From Lepidodermella squamata (lineage: Eukaryota > Animalia > Gastrotricha): a DNA stretch of 64,000 nucleotides. This document shows, piece by piece, positions 1 through 12,300 of this stretch. Below the pieces are notes generated by a model, which made no database searches, was not told the origin of the DNA, and worked only from the letters and a program-made list of their open reading frames with translations. The position numbers and the translations under genes are program-made. The DNA lies in NCBI GenBank assembly GCA_047495785.1, contig JBLDXI010000017.1, positions 2,604,001 through 2,668,000 of the forward strand, read 5' to 3'. The stretch's first letter is position 1. Each line of letters opens with the position of its first letter.

Positions 1-1245
1 CATCAGCCATTTCAGTAAGCTTTCGCCGGAGAAACAATGATAGAAAGTTTTCGCCAACGACCTGCGTGTTTCGAACTTCAAACCATTCGGCTGGAATGCT
101 GATTCGAAAATTCGCTTCAAGTTTGCGAACTGAGGCAAAGCTTCGATGTTTCCACGTGATTCCACGTGGTTCTGGTTGAAGTCATCCTCATCGCCACTTC
201 CGTATGAATTATCGACTGTTATTTCGTCCAGTGTCATTCTACGATCAACCAGCCGCCTTAACGGATCAAGAATCACACCACTCGAGTCATCAATTATAGA
301 GGTCGAGTTAGACGGACTTAGAGGTACTATGCTCGTATATGCAGGCGAGTGAGGGACAGCTGCATCGTTGGATATTCTAGGCGAAGGAGCGATTCGGCTC
401 AAACTTCGATTTAATGCATTGCCTGAAGATCCGGCATTAGAGCTCTGAATATTTTGCACCGAAGACGATGTTTGCATCTGCGTTTGATAAGGCTGATTAG
501 CCGTCATAGCTGCTCCGGCAACCGTTGCATAGAGAGACGCAATTTTTTGAAGCATTTCGTCAGATAAAGATTCGTAATGCGTTTCTAACAGACTTTTCAG
601 CGTATCACGATAGCACACCTCACAGGACCTAAGACCCTCTGAAAAAAATTAACTGAAGATAACTTCATTTATTCGATAGTAGAAGCTACCTCTCGCTCCG
701 AAGGGTTGCCCTGGAATTCGAAAACTCGAACAAGAATCACAGAAAATTCTGCCACAGAACCGGCAATGATGTCTGCGAAGGAATGTAGTGAACTTCATGG
801 AGCAGGCATAACAGTGGCGACACGCATCGTCGCTGGCCCATTTCGCATTCAAACCAATCGAAACTGGCGGGTTTTTACCGAAAATCGAAAGGAATTTCTT
901 CGGTGCCTGGCCTGCGTGAGGATTCGATGCAGTTGGCGCCTGTGAAATGCTGCTAATATCAGAGCTGCTAATAATACTTCCCGTCGGTTCATGACTTGGA
1001 TCGGCATCTGCTTGGGTAGGCTGATTTTTTGTCGCTGAATTCGGAGCTGACAATGGGTCTGATTTTTTCGATGAATCATCACCGCGCCGAAATGCAGAAG
1101 CGACCGCCCCAAATAGTGAGCCTAGCCGGGATGATGAATGCGTATCTGCTTCATCGGGATTTGGAGGAGGCGCGCCAAATGACGTAAACGTATTGGGATC
1201 GAAGTCTACTTCTTGTAACGAAGGTTGCGTATTGGACTGCTTCAT
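1..1245 (-). CDS. PIKFYVE: FYVE-domain protein, probably PIKfyve/Fab1 PI3P 5-kinase; 5' part only, continues past the left edge
   Basis: WASDDACRHCYACSMKFTTFLRRHHCRFCGRIFCDSCS is a FYVE motif (WxxD, RRHHCR). It is completed by GLRSCEVC after a 51-nt GT-AG intron (639-689). The N-terminal position and the IPG..G...LR.C context resemble PIKfyve. The kinase domain is not in the window. Confidence 0.75.
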
Positions 1246-1417
1246 CAAATAAACAAAAAATCTACAAAAAAACGCGATTTTAGAACGATTGTATAATGCA
1301 TATATCGTCAGATAAATAATTTTGAGCTTGTGATCAGAAAGCGCCAACATTAGAGTGAAATAGTTAAAATGATAGAAAAATACCGCATCCATGAAAATAC
1401 CAAGATCTCATGTAAAA

Positions 1418-2632
1418 TTAATGTTCCAAAGATGTAGAAGAAACTAATGTTTTTAAATGTGCCGAAACATCGCGCAGCACTTTGTTTGATGACTGCAAAG
1501 ACACGTTGTAGCCGTGATTTCGCATTACTTTGATAAGGCTAAAAGGCGATAATTTTAGCAGGTTTTTGTGTCCATCAGCAGCGTCAAGTTCCTCCCAATA
1601 TTGGCCGTAAGGCCTCGCTCGATACAATAAATAATCCATCACGTACATCTCCTCGGGAGTGGTCTATAAAAATTATCGACAATAACAAAAATTATCCACA
1701 ACATGGATAAAAATTACGTAATGAAAAGATATAGCCGCATCAGAACAACAGCCCGGTCCTTCGGTGTAATTGAATCGATCATGCCCCCATACCCAGTAAT
1801 CTTTCTTCAGACGGCCGATTATCAGATGATCCAAAGGTTTCAGGGGCATGAAGGTATTTCTGCCCAGCGAATCCCGAGTGTCCACCAAGGTGGCTTTAGA
1901 GAACTCGTAGGCTCTGCCCAGCTCAACATCCTCAAGAGCAGACTCCAGCCAGGCCGAATACGACTGCTTATAGCCAACGTCGATCATTTCGTACAAAGCT
2001 TTTCGCGATATAGCGTAACCAGCTCCACCGCTCATATACCCCGCGGCTATGAACGGTCGAAAAGCGCGACCCACAACTAGATTGTCATTTGGGTTGTACT
2101 GCGATAATAGAAGCCGTAAATTTTCCATAATAACGTAAGAATCATCGTCAGCTTTTAAGAACCAATCAAAATCCTCGAGATAATTGTCATGAGCCCACTT
2201 GAATCCGGAGCGAACTTTGCCCCATATTTCCCAATAACCGCTAAAAATGGAGGCGGCAATAGCCCCAATTGAAGGATCATCTTCGTCGGATAGAAAAACC
2301 AGTTTATTACATCGACGTCCCCAAGTGTTTTTGACGTGAATTGCCTTTGTGTGGTGATTTTGGGCTGAGGTCAATACTAGACAGAGCACGCGAACCGACT
2401 GCGACATGAGATCGACGACCTCGTTCTTAGATATAACTATTTCCTTTGGTGAATTGACGGCTTGCGGGAACCAAACAGTTCCGTAAGGCCATAACCAGCT
2501 TCCATAGCCGAAAACAATAAGCGAGTAATTCCAATAACTCAGCCAATATACAGAAACTGTGACTGCACAGCCGAAAACAACGCCGCGTTTAAAGGTCAAT
2601 GGCGAAGAAGACTTTTCGACTACGAACTTCAT
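1418..2632 (-). CDS. C1GALT1: Core 1 beta-1,3-galactosyltransferase (T-synthase)-like, copy 1; intron 1664-1717
   Basis: N-terminal TM anchor and motifs HVKNTWGRRCNKL, FLKADDDSY, YMSGGAGY, CCSDAAISFHY|TTPEEMYVMDYLLY. Confidence 0.9.
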
Positions 2633-2830
2633 GCCATAAAATCTAGGGAAAGAAATCAAAGAAAAATACACCATTTATCAGATAAAATATCGAAAGAGAG
2701 ATGTGATTTGAAAGAATTGCTGTGAAAGAATTACAAAAATAATACGATAAAATTTCCTTAACCAGATAGAAAAAAATTCGATTCTATCAGAAGAGAATGA
2801 GCAAGTGCAAACAATCGAAAGCCCAACAAG

Positions 2831-4053
2831 TTACGATGAGTTAGGTATGTTTGATATCATCTCTTTGGCATGAGCAGCAATTTTTTGAATAACCTTTTTT
2901 GAAAGATCCGATGATATGTTGTAACCGTTTTTCCTTATATTTTGTATCAATGTTATTGGTGACATTTTGTTCTCGTCTTTGATTAAGTCAGCTTTCTCAG
3001 TGTACATGTTCTCCCAATATATTCCATAAGGCCTTGCTCGATAGAGTAAGTATTCCAGCACATGCATATCCTCCGCTGACGTCTGAAACAAAAATAATAC
3101 CCTCTGGACGATTTTAAACAAGTGAATCTTACATAATGAAAAGATATTGGCATATCCGAACAGCACTCGGGACCCTCTGTGTAGTTGAACTTATCATATT
3201 GCCACGTCCAGTAATCTTTTTTAATCCTCCCAATGATCAAATGATCAATAGGTTTCAAAGACATAAATCGCTGTCTCCCATAGGCATCCCTCGAATCAAC
3301 CGGCCGAACGCCGGCAAACTCTAATGCTCGGCCTAGTTCTACGTCTTCCATTGCACCTTCGTACCAAACCAGGTTCGAACGGGCGTAGCCAATGTCAATC
3401 AACTTGGAGAGTGCTTTCCGAGAAATAGCATAGCCAGCTCCTCCACTCATGTAGCCTTGATCGACGACCAGCTTCAGCCACCGCCCGAAATATAACGGTT
3501 CATTCGGGTCGTAATGAGATAGCAGCAGCCGTAAATTTTCCATGATAACAAACGTGTCATCGTCAGCTTTCAAAAACCAATCGAAGTCGTTCAGGTAGTT
3601 GTCATGGGCCCACTTAAAACCAGATCTGACCTTCGCCCAAACTTCGAAGTAACCGGACTGAGTTGTCATTGCAATCGCTCCGAAATAGGGGTCATCTTCG
3701 TCAGAAATAAATACCAATTTCGTACATCGCCTACCCCACGTATTTTTAACATGGATAGCCTTATCTCGATGAACCTTAGCTGTCGTCAAAACCAAGCAGA
3801 GGATCCGAATTGAATCCGAGAGTAGATGTACGACGTCGTTGTTACGTAAGGGCGGCTGAAAGGCATCTTCACTAACACGATTTAACACGGCAGTATCTGG
3901 ATGCCGATAAGCGTACGACCAAAATGCATAGCCAAATACGAGTGATGAATACACCAAATATGTTATATAGTATGCCGCAACGGAAAAAAGACAGCCGAAA
4001 ATTGCTCCATAAAGAAAGCTTTGACGCTGGCGATTACAAATGGTAATTAACAT
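2831..4053 (-). CDS. C1GALT1: C1GALT1-like, copy 2; one intron after SFHY
   Basis: Same motifs (TWGRRC, KADDDT, MSGGAGY, CCSDMPISFHY|TSAEDMHVLEYLLY) and the same intron position. Confidence 0.9.
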
Positions 4054-4218
4054 TTGAGCCTACGAGTTGGAAAAATCACATTTTCAAAGCGTAAAAAATG
4101 TTAAAAAATCTCGGTTCCCAAAGTAACATAACAGCAGTCTGGTAATTAATCTTAAAAAATCACAACCGAAATAAGAAAAAGTTCCCAAGTAGTAAAAAAG
4201 AACAATTGGCAACAAAGA

Positions 4219-5479
4219 TTACGGACTCGTGTTCGTGTCATCGGGAATGATTATGGGTGACAGAGATATCAAATTTTGATCAACTGCTCCTTTGACCAAC
4301 TTATTCGTCATTTCTGGAGGTAGCTTGTAACCACTTTTCCGCAACTCATTGATTAACGCGATCGGTGACATTTTCAATTCATCCTTGGAAAATTCGCCGA
4401 TATCCCTAGCTTCATCTTCCGAAGACCAATAAACACCATATGGCCTGACTCGATACAAAAAATACTCTAGAACGTGCATGTCATAAGGAGCAACCTAAGG
4501 GCAAGAACCTCTGAAATTTACAAATAATCGGATCAAAATTACTAACGTAGTGAAATGAAATAGCCATGTCCGAACAGCACTCGGGGCCTTCGACGTAGCC
4601 GTGCATATCGAAACTCCAAATCCAATAGTTTTTCGGGATCCTACCAACTATGAGGTGGTCTAGGGCTCGAAAAGGCATAAATCGCTGTCGGCCGTAAGCG
4701 TCTCTAGTGTCAACAGCTCTTACACCCGCACCATCCAAACATTTGCCCATTTGTACATCTTCTGCTCCCGTTTCCGACCAAACAGCGCAATATTTTGGCT
4801 GCCTGAAGCCATCAGAGACCAGACGAGACAATCCTTTACGAGATAAAACGTATCCAGCACCACCACTCATATAACCCTGCTTGATGTATGGCTTGAATAA
4901 TCGCCCCAAGTATAGCGATTCATTGGCATCAAAGTGAGATAAAAGTAATCGTAGATTTTCCATTATTACGAAAGAATCATCATCAGCTTTCAAGTACCAG
5001 TCAAAATCATGCAAATGATTGTCGTGAGCCCATTTGAAGCCTGAACGCACTTTGCCCCATACCTCGCTGTAGCTCGAGAATTTTGACATTGCAATAGCTC
5101 CGAGTTCTGGATCCTCATCGTCAGAAATAAAAACCAGTTTATTACAACGACGACCCCATGTATTTTTGACATGTAAAGCTTTCTCTTGATGATTTTTGGC
5201 AGTGGTCAACACCAAACACAATACCCGAACAGTTGCTGACAGAAACTTTGTAAGGTCATTTTCTCGAATCGGGGGCAACTTCACTTCAGGAGCAATTCGT
5301 GGAGCAGGAAAAGCTTCGGGTCCTTCGGGGTGGTAAGCTCCTATCAGCAATCCATAGGGTTCCGAGAAGACTGAGATGTAGATTAAATACAAGAAAAATG
5401 AGAATGTACATCCGATTATGACGCCAAATGATAGCCAAGTACACTGTAACCTTTGACGAGAATGCGTTTTGATAACCAT
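4219..5479 (-). CDS. C1GALT1: C1GALT1-like, copy 3; one intron after SFHY
   Basis: TWGRRC, YLKADDDS, MSGGAGYVLS, EDVQMGKC, CCSDMAISFHY|VAPYDMHVLEYFLY. This is the most canonical of the three copies. Confidence 0.92.
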
Positions 5480-6360
5480 GGGTCTACGACAAAAAGTCAC
5501 CTAAACACTAGAAAATATTCATTACTGAACTTATGCTAAATGACAAGAGGAAAAGTCGAAAGAACTTCTTACAAGTTCTTGGAAACCTGTCTGTTTCAAG
5601 ATTGGTTATTGGTTGAAGCCATCAACTAAAACTCCTAAGGCCTTATTAGGACTTGTAATCTCAGGGAAAAAGAACATATGATTGATTCAGGGATAGTATA
5701 GGACTATAGAATAGACCGTATTACACCTTTCAGCGATAATCTGACAACTAAGTACTGGATGTGAATGTTTCAAGCAGTAAAATATAGTTTTCAAGTGTTT
5801 AAATAAGTGCTCACGCATCTCGGTGAGCCACTGATGGATTAATGAGTGAATAAAGAGGTTTTTTGAAGAAGCATTCGGCATTAACAATCGCATTGTTCAC
5901 TTTTGAAAGACGGTAACAAGTGGCTACGTGGTGCCAAACCGGTATCAAAGGGCCGCCGCAACTTGAAAAAGTAGCGCCAAAACGGTGAATGTCACACAAT
6001 TTATCTAATAAACGTCAAATTTTGTAATTTGACAATTTCTTATTATTTTTTATCGAAATTGTATTAATTTAAAAAAGAGCGTCCTTATCAACGTCATGTG
6101 ATTCCTACGAAATATCCCTAGAAAGTGCGATCGCTCTTGGATGCTTTTTACTTTTTAGCTAAAGCTTAAGTTTTTGTCTGATGTCATGCGCTTTGATTTC
6201 GAGTTTTTGACACGTATACGGTCACAGCCACCGCTTAAGAGCGTAGACGTGGATGGATATACTTATTCTTGTGCTGGTCGGAATGATCAGAGGAACCAGT
6301 ATCTAGGAACCAGTATCGTTTATTACTCTCTATTTTAGGTTTCACGACTTATTTAGCAAG

Positions 6361-9300
6361 ATGATGATGATAGCTGAATCTAATGACATTATCGACAAGT
6401 CTGAAGTTGTGCCTTTTTCAAACTCATCTCCAGCTATTGAGTCTATCGATGTTATATCTAAGCTTGAGAATTTCGGTACGAATTATAAGAACGGCTAAAA
6501 TAGTTATTAATGAATTCATTTCAGCGCTGGCTATCAAGTATGGGTATTTGGTTGAAGAAAAACGACTTGTGGACATCAAAGCTGTCGTTAAAATTGTAGC
6601 TGAGCTGGTAAGCAGTTTTTGGCGAATTTCTGTGTTATTTTTTGTGGGACTCGTGTGTGGGCTGTGTTTAGGAGGTGAGGCCGCTGCGCTTTCACCTGCA
6701 ACACACGATAATAAGTGTGAATAAATCAGAAATAATCGCGGTTTGCATTCATTGCAATTCATAGATACCGTATTTTCCGTATTAGCTTCAGGGGGCATTG
6801 TAATTTCAAAGCCTCGAAAAAGGGGGGTTGTAAACGGGACGTGTTACAATTGCGAGCATGCGACTTTATTGTTTCAAAGCAAGTTTTCAAGTGTTAAAAT
6901 TGAGTAAAAATAAGAATAAATTGATAATTTTTGAACTACAGCTTGTAAAGTCAACAGCTTTTCATAAAAATCGAGAACTTCATCGTTCGATTGCGAGTTT
7001 TCAGCCATTTTTATGCAAATTATTGAAATTTTAAAATCTTAGTTTTCTTCAAATCATGAATGCTAGGAAATCGACAGCTACTTTGGCAATTTTCGTTGCT
7101 GAACTTCTCTCACTCGGCTATGTTTCGCCATTTTCAATCAAACATGCCCGTCAAACGCCTCAGAAATGGAATTTCAAAAAGTTAGGCGCTATTATTTTAA
7201 AATGCGATTTTCAAAGTTTGAATTTGAATTTAGGTCCCGGGTAGCTATTGCGAGTATGAGGCTTTAATTTTTCAAAGGGCTTAAAAAGGGGGGTTGTAAA
7301 CGGGACGGGCGGTAATAACGGGTATATGAAGCTATTACGGAATATACGGTACATACATTTAGACATTTAGACATTAGAGACACGCTGGAGGTCCCAGGGC
7401 CCTCGTCCTTGCTAGAAATAAAATTTCCATTCCTTCACCACCTATAGTTACGAGATTTTGCTACTTATTTGCCTGCCTAATTATAATCCATTGGCTTATA
7501 AAAAAAATCGAATACATTTTCTTTTTTTCTCGAGCGCTGTTCTCGTAGTTTAAAACGGAACCAAGACACCACTGCCCAATTAATCAACTTCATTTTTATC
7601 AATCATTTGTCGTTTGCTCGTTAGCGTTAGCCTCTAACTTTGGTTTGGGCAATTCATCACCTCTGAATTCACCTTTGAAGTCACATCTGAATTCAGATGA
7701 ATCGTTCATCTGAATACAACATACGAGATACTTGCTTTTCCATGCCCATGCTTTCTTTCAAGCACACCTTATTTTGAAACAGGAGGAACGTCGTAAAAAG
7801 CTGCACGAATTTTTGGAATTGGAGTCGATAAAAACGTCCCAGCTCCGTTCAAACTTCAATGAAGTACGTGAATTCGGAGAAAAAGAAATTATGGACGCTG
7901 TCTTGGCAGCTCGGCAGTTGAATTTGGGACGAATTAGGTCTTTGGAAGCTGAGGTTCGATTCTTAGATGGCCGGATTGAATTTCTAACAAACGATATGGC
8001 CCGTTTAGAAAATGAAAACAAGGATCTCGAGTAATTTTTGCTTCGTGAACGCTAATTTTTTACTATGTTCCAATACTTAGGAATACTCGATGTACAAGCC
8101 AGCTTGAATATGACAAAGTCGTAGAGGAACTTAACAAACAGCTAATGAAGAAAGCCGAGAAGCAGATTATGCTCAACGAAATTCGAGATCAAATTAAAGA
8201 TACCGGAGAAAAGGTTGATGAAATTTATAATTAAACTGAAAAGGGAATTAACGTTTTTCGATTTTTTCAGATTGTGGAAATGGAGGAAGATATCATTATT
8301 CAGAAAGAAGACCTGATTCAGGAGCGAGCTGAGGCCAAAAATGAGAAGGAGGGTCTTGTTAAAAATATTGTGAGCAAGAATACCCAATGATTTTATTTTT
8401 ATTCAATTTATTTCTTTTCAGGAAGACGAGGGGAAAATTTTCAAATCACAACAAGGCGTTAACGCTGACAAGAGAGCGTTAGTTTCAATACTGAGAAATA
8501 TAATGAGCGATTCCCAATTTTCTTGTGTTGAATAAGGGAGCTGAATGTTGTCCTCGAGGAATTGAAAAGAACGAAGGCGGAGCTGAAAGCTGCCAAGAAA
8601 ACCTACGACAATCTCACACATGATCTTACCATGCTGACTCAAACTGAAGCTGAGCTTCATGGAAAAGTCGCACGGGAGAAAGAATCTATAATATCTATTA
8701 AGCGACAACTGTAAGTGAAGGTTTCAATGCACCTTGCGAGATTTTATAATTAATTTGTTATAGGGATGAAATGAGGCAAGCAAGGAATTTGGCGATGATC
8801 AAATTTGATCAAAACGAAGCTGATCTTAATCAAAAAATGAAACTTGTAATTTAAAATTGAGTGCGTGCAAAAAATTTGTGTTAATATTGATCTCTTTTTA
8901 TAGATGGAACAAAAATGCGGTGAGGGCATGCATAATCTATGCAAAATCAGTGCCTAATTTTGCCTTTCATTGCCAATTGACAGAGCACGAAGATTCTCGT
9001 AGCCAAGAATTGCAAGTCAAGAAAAAAAGCATCGAAGACAGTGAGTCGTGCAAACTGAGTGCGTTTATTTTTGGTAACGTTCTCAACGTTTTTTTATTAG
9101 CCGAACGACAGCTGAAACCGAAAGTCAAGGATCTGGCAGAACGCGAGCAGGCTGTATCAGCAGCGTAAGCCTCTTTCAAGTTCATATAGGTCATTTAATC
9201 AGTTACGCAATAACGATCGCGTCGAACAAGTGCCAATTTATCGTGAACCCACCGCCTTATTTCTTACTCATTATGCACTCAAATGGCCGAGCTGGAGATT

Positions 9301-12300
9301 TGCAATTTTCGTGTTAAATTGCCGTTGTTAATCAAGCGGTGCATGCTTCGTATGGTTCTTCTTTTACTTTTAACCTACGGCGTCGTTCCAAATATAACAA
9401 GTATGAGTAGCCGAGGTATACACAGTAGCGTTTCAAAACCGCTCGTTTAGCGTGTAATACCTGGCAATACAGTATCATTAATATTAATATGGGAATCTAT
9501 CATCTTACTAAACACTTGTCTTAAGCATTGGGGTGTGTAGTGTAGCACATTGCCCTGTACATTACAGTGAAAAAATTGCGCTCCCTCGGCCGTTGCTTGT
9601 TGAGTAATGCTGTTAAGACCCATCAACATCGTCGTTGCAATGCGGCTAGTAAGATACATCGCCGTTAACATATTGGTTATAAACATCGCGGCGAAAGGAG
9701 CTTCAACGCGATTTTACTTTTCTCGAGAATATTATTATCAACTATATTTTGAAACCTAGTATTAGGCATGTCTACAACCGCTTAAATTTTCCTGTTACCC
9801 CATGGTTCTTGGTGCATATTTTTTTAGCTTTTTAAACTGCGAATCACAGTTAATTCCTGGCTAATGCTACCAATATGTTGCGTTTACTCATTAAGTTACC
9901 TGCCGGTGTACGCACGCTAGTATTATTTTTCTCCACCGCATTAGCGCGTTCGTAGCTCATCGGCAACCAGTTGCTCAAGTGTATAACATATGGTAAGCCT
10001 TTCATCTGCCCGTTATCGGACTCTTCATGTAGTAGGTACTAACTGTAAAAAAGTGCATATTTCAGCGAAAGACAAGCCAAATACAACTCACTCGCTCAAG
10101 TGGTTATATTATCGCTCGTTGCTTCTTCTGGCTTCTGAAGATGCGTATTACTCGCCTCTCCACTTTGATTTAGCGAGCCTGTTATTGTTTGTCAGCGCTC
10201 AAGCTTACTTTTATTTGATGTTAGCAATGTAACTCCATTCGTTTTAAGTACGCATTTCTCACCGAAAAAAACATTGGCTTAATTTTTTAAATCGCCTAGG
10301 AAATTTTTGTTCGAAATTCTTTTCTCCAATGAAAAGTAATAAGCCGGTTAATTTGGCGACAACCTCTAATTTCCCCCTCTTCCCTGTCGATGTCGGTCAG
10401 TTTGTTCTCGGGGGCCGGCAAGACGCCGTTTCCACTGTCGACAATCAAATCGGCGACGACTACGACGATCTGGTGGAAACAGCGTCAATGGACGCCTCGA
10501 ACAACAGCGCGGATGCAGCTGAATTGACGGCCCCTGAAACTCCTCGAATTACCCCGAATAAATCCCAACCCGCCAGGGGCGAAATTCGTTTTTCCCGGCC
10601 TGTTTTAACATTTATGCTCGACTGGTATGAGCAACATTTGGATTTATTCAAGGGCAACGAAACACAAAAGAGCACGTTATGGGCGATGGTATCGGATGAA
10701 ATTATTCAGAAATTCGGCGTTCAAGTCAACGCGTCAGAATGCGCTCTTCGCTTCCGCCTCATGCGAAGTCGCTGGCGTATGGTCAATCAACACAACAAGA
10801 AAGTCGACTGCAAAAAGAAGAAAACAATGTGCTTCAAAGAATGGTTCGATCGCGTCATTGGTCCAGCTAAGGAGCTGAAAGATGATGCGGTCTGTGACGT
10901 GGCGAAAAACGAGAACGAAACAGTTATCAACAGTGCCCAGGGCGAAAATCAAGACGCGGTTTTTGACTTGTCGAACTGCACCAGTGGCCTGTTGATGCTG
11001 AAAGCACCTCCCGAGGCGTCTTATACTCCTCACCAAGAATTAGCTCAAAGTAGGCTGTTGTTGTCCCGACCTCCGACAAAACGATCACATTCAACCTCAT
11101 CATCCTCATCGCAGTTATCCGAAACCGAATTTCCCAGTGATATTTCGACGCCTGTCAAACCGGCAGGTAATCTTCGACCGGCTGGAACCGCTACGATGGT
11201 AACTTGTGCATCAACCTCAACAAACAGAACGCAATCTAATATCGCTCAATGGCCAGATCGAACGCCGCATCGTCAAGAAAATGCCTACGAAATTGTTGGC
11301 GATAAACTCGATAAAGTAACTGAAATGTTGGAACGAATATACGATTTGCAAAGCCGTCAATTGTCGATCGAGACCCGCAATCACGAGGAGCACATGACGA
11401 TGTTACGCGAAGTCGTTCGAGCTTTGAATCGGCAAAGTCCGACAGCTGCTCAGCTGAAACAGGGCCAAAGCAAACTGTGAAATTGTATTGACTAAACTCG
11501 CCGGTCGAATCCCAGTGTTATTTCGAGATAAATACCTACAAATTGCCTCCTATTCTTTTTCCGAGAGAAAAACCTTTATTTTTCGCACTTTCAAAATCAC
11601 GCACGCACATTAAAATTAAAATAAAACCAAGAATAATTTTGATAAATTGGCGCTTGTTACGATAATTCCTGCCTACGGTTTCCATAATAATTTAACTGAC
11701 GAATTTCAGGCTAAAACAAAAGAAGGAGGAGCTGCGAGAGGTAGCCGAAAAGCGAGCTGATTTTGATCGTCGAATGCAGATTGCCAACGATCAAATCATC
11801 AGTAATACTACGCTGCACAAGGCCACGATGGAACAACTGGCCCGCGAGTTTGAGCAAACTAAGCGTATGCTAATGGAAACTCGCGAAGAAAGGCAACAAA
11901 CTTACCAACTCCGTTAATTCTAACTATATGCAATTTTTCTATCAGGGACATCGCGCGAGAAAAATGCGATGAATTGAGCGCGGAGATAACAGCGGCTCGG
12001 GAAGAGCAAATGAAATACATCGAAGAGGCTACGGCGATTACGAAGCAGCAAGAGGAAACACTTGAAGAATTGGCGCGACAGGTTCGGAAAAAGTTCGAAC
12101 ATAAGCTCACACCTAGTGCGGAATATTTTTCTAGAGAGACGAGTATCATAATTCAATAAAAAACTGCGACCGACAAATCGCTACACTTACCCAGACCATC
12201 GAAACCGAAACTCAAGATTACAATCAGATGAAAACGGAAAAAACCGCTGTGCTTGATGATCTTCTGGTAAAATTGCGTCACTTTTTATTGGAACGAATTC

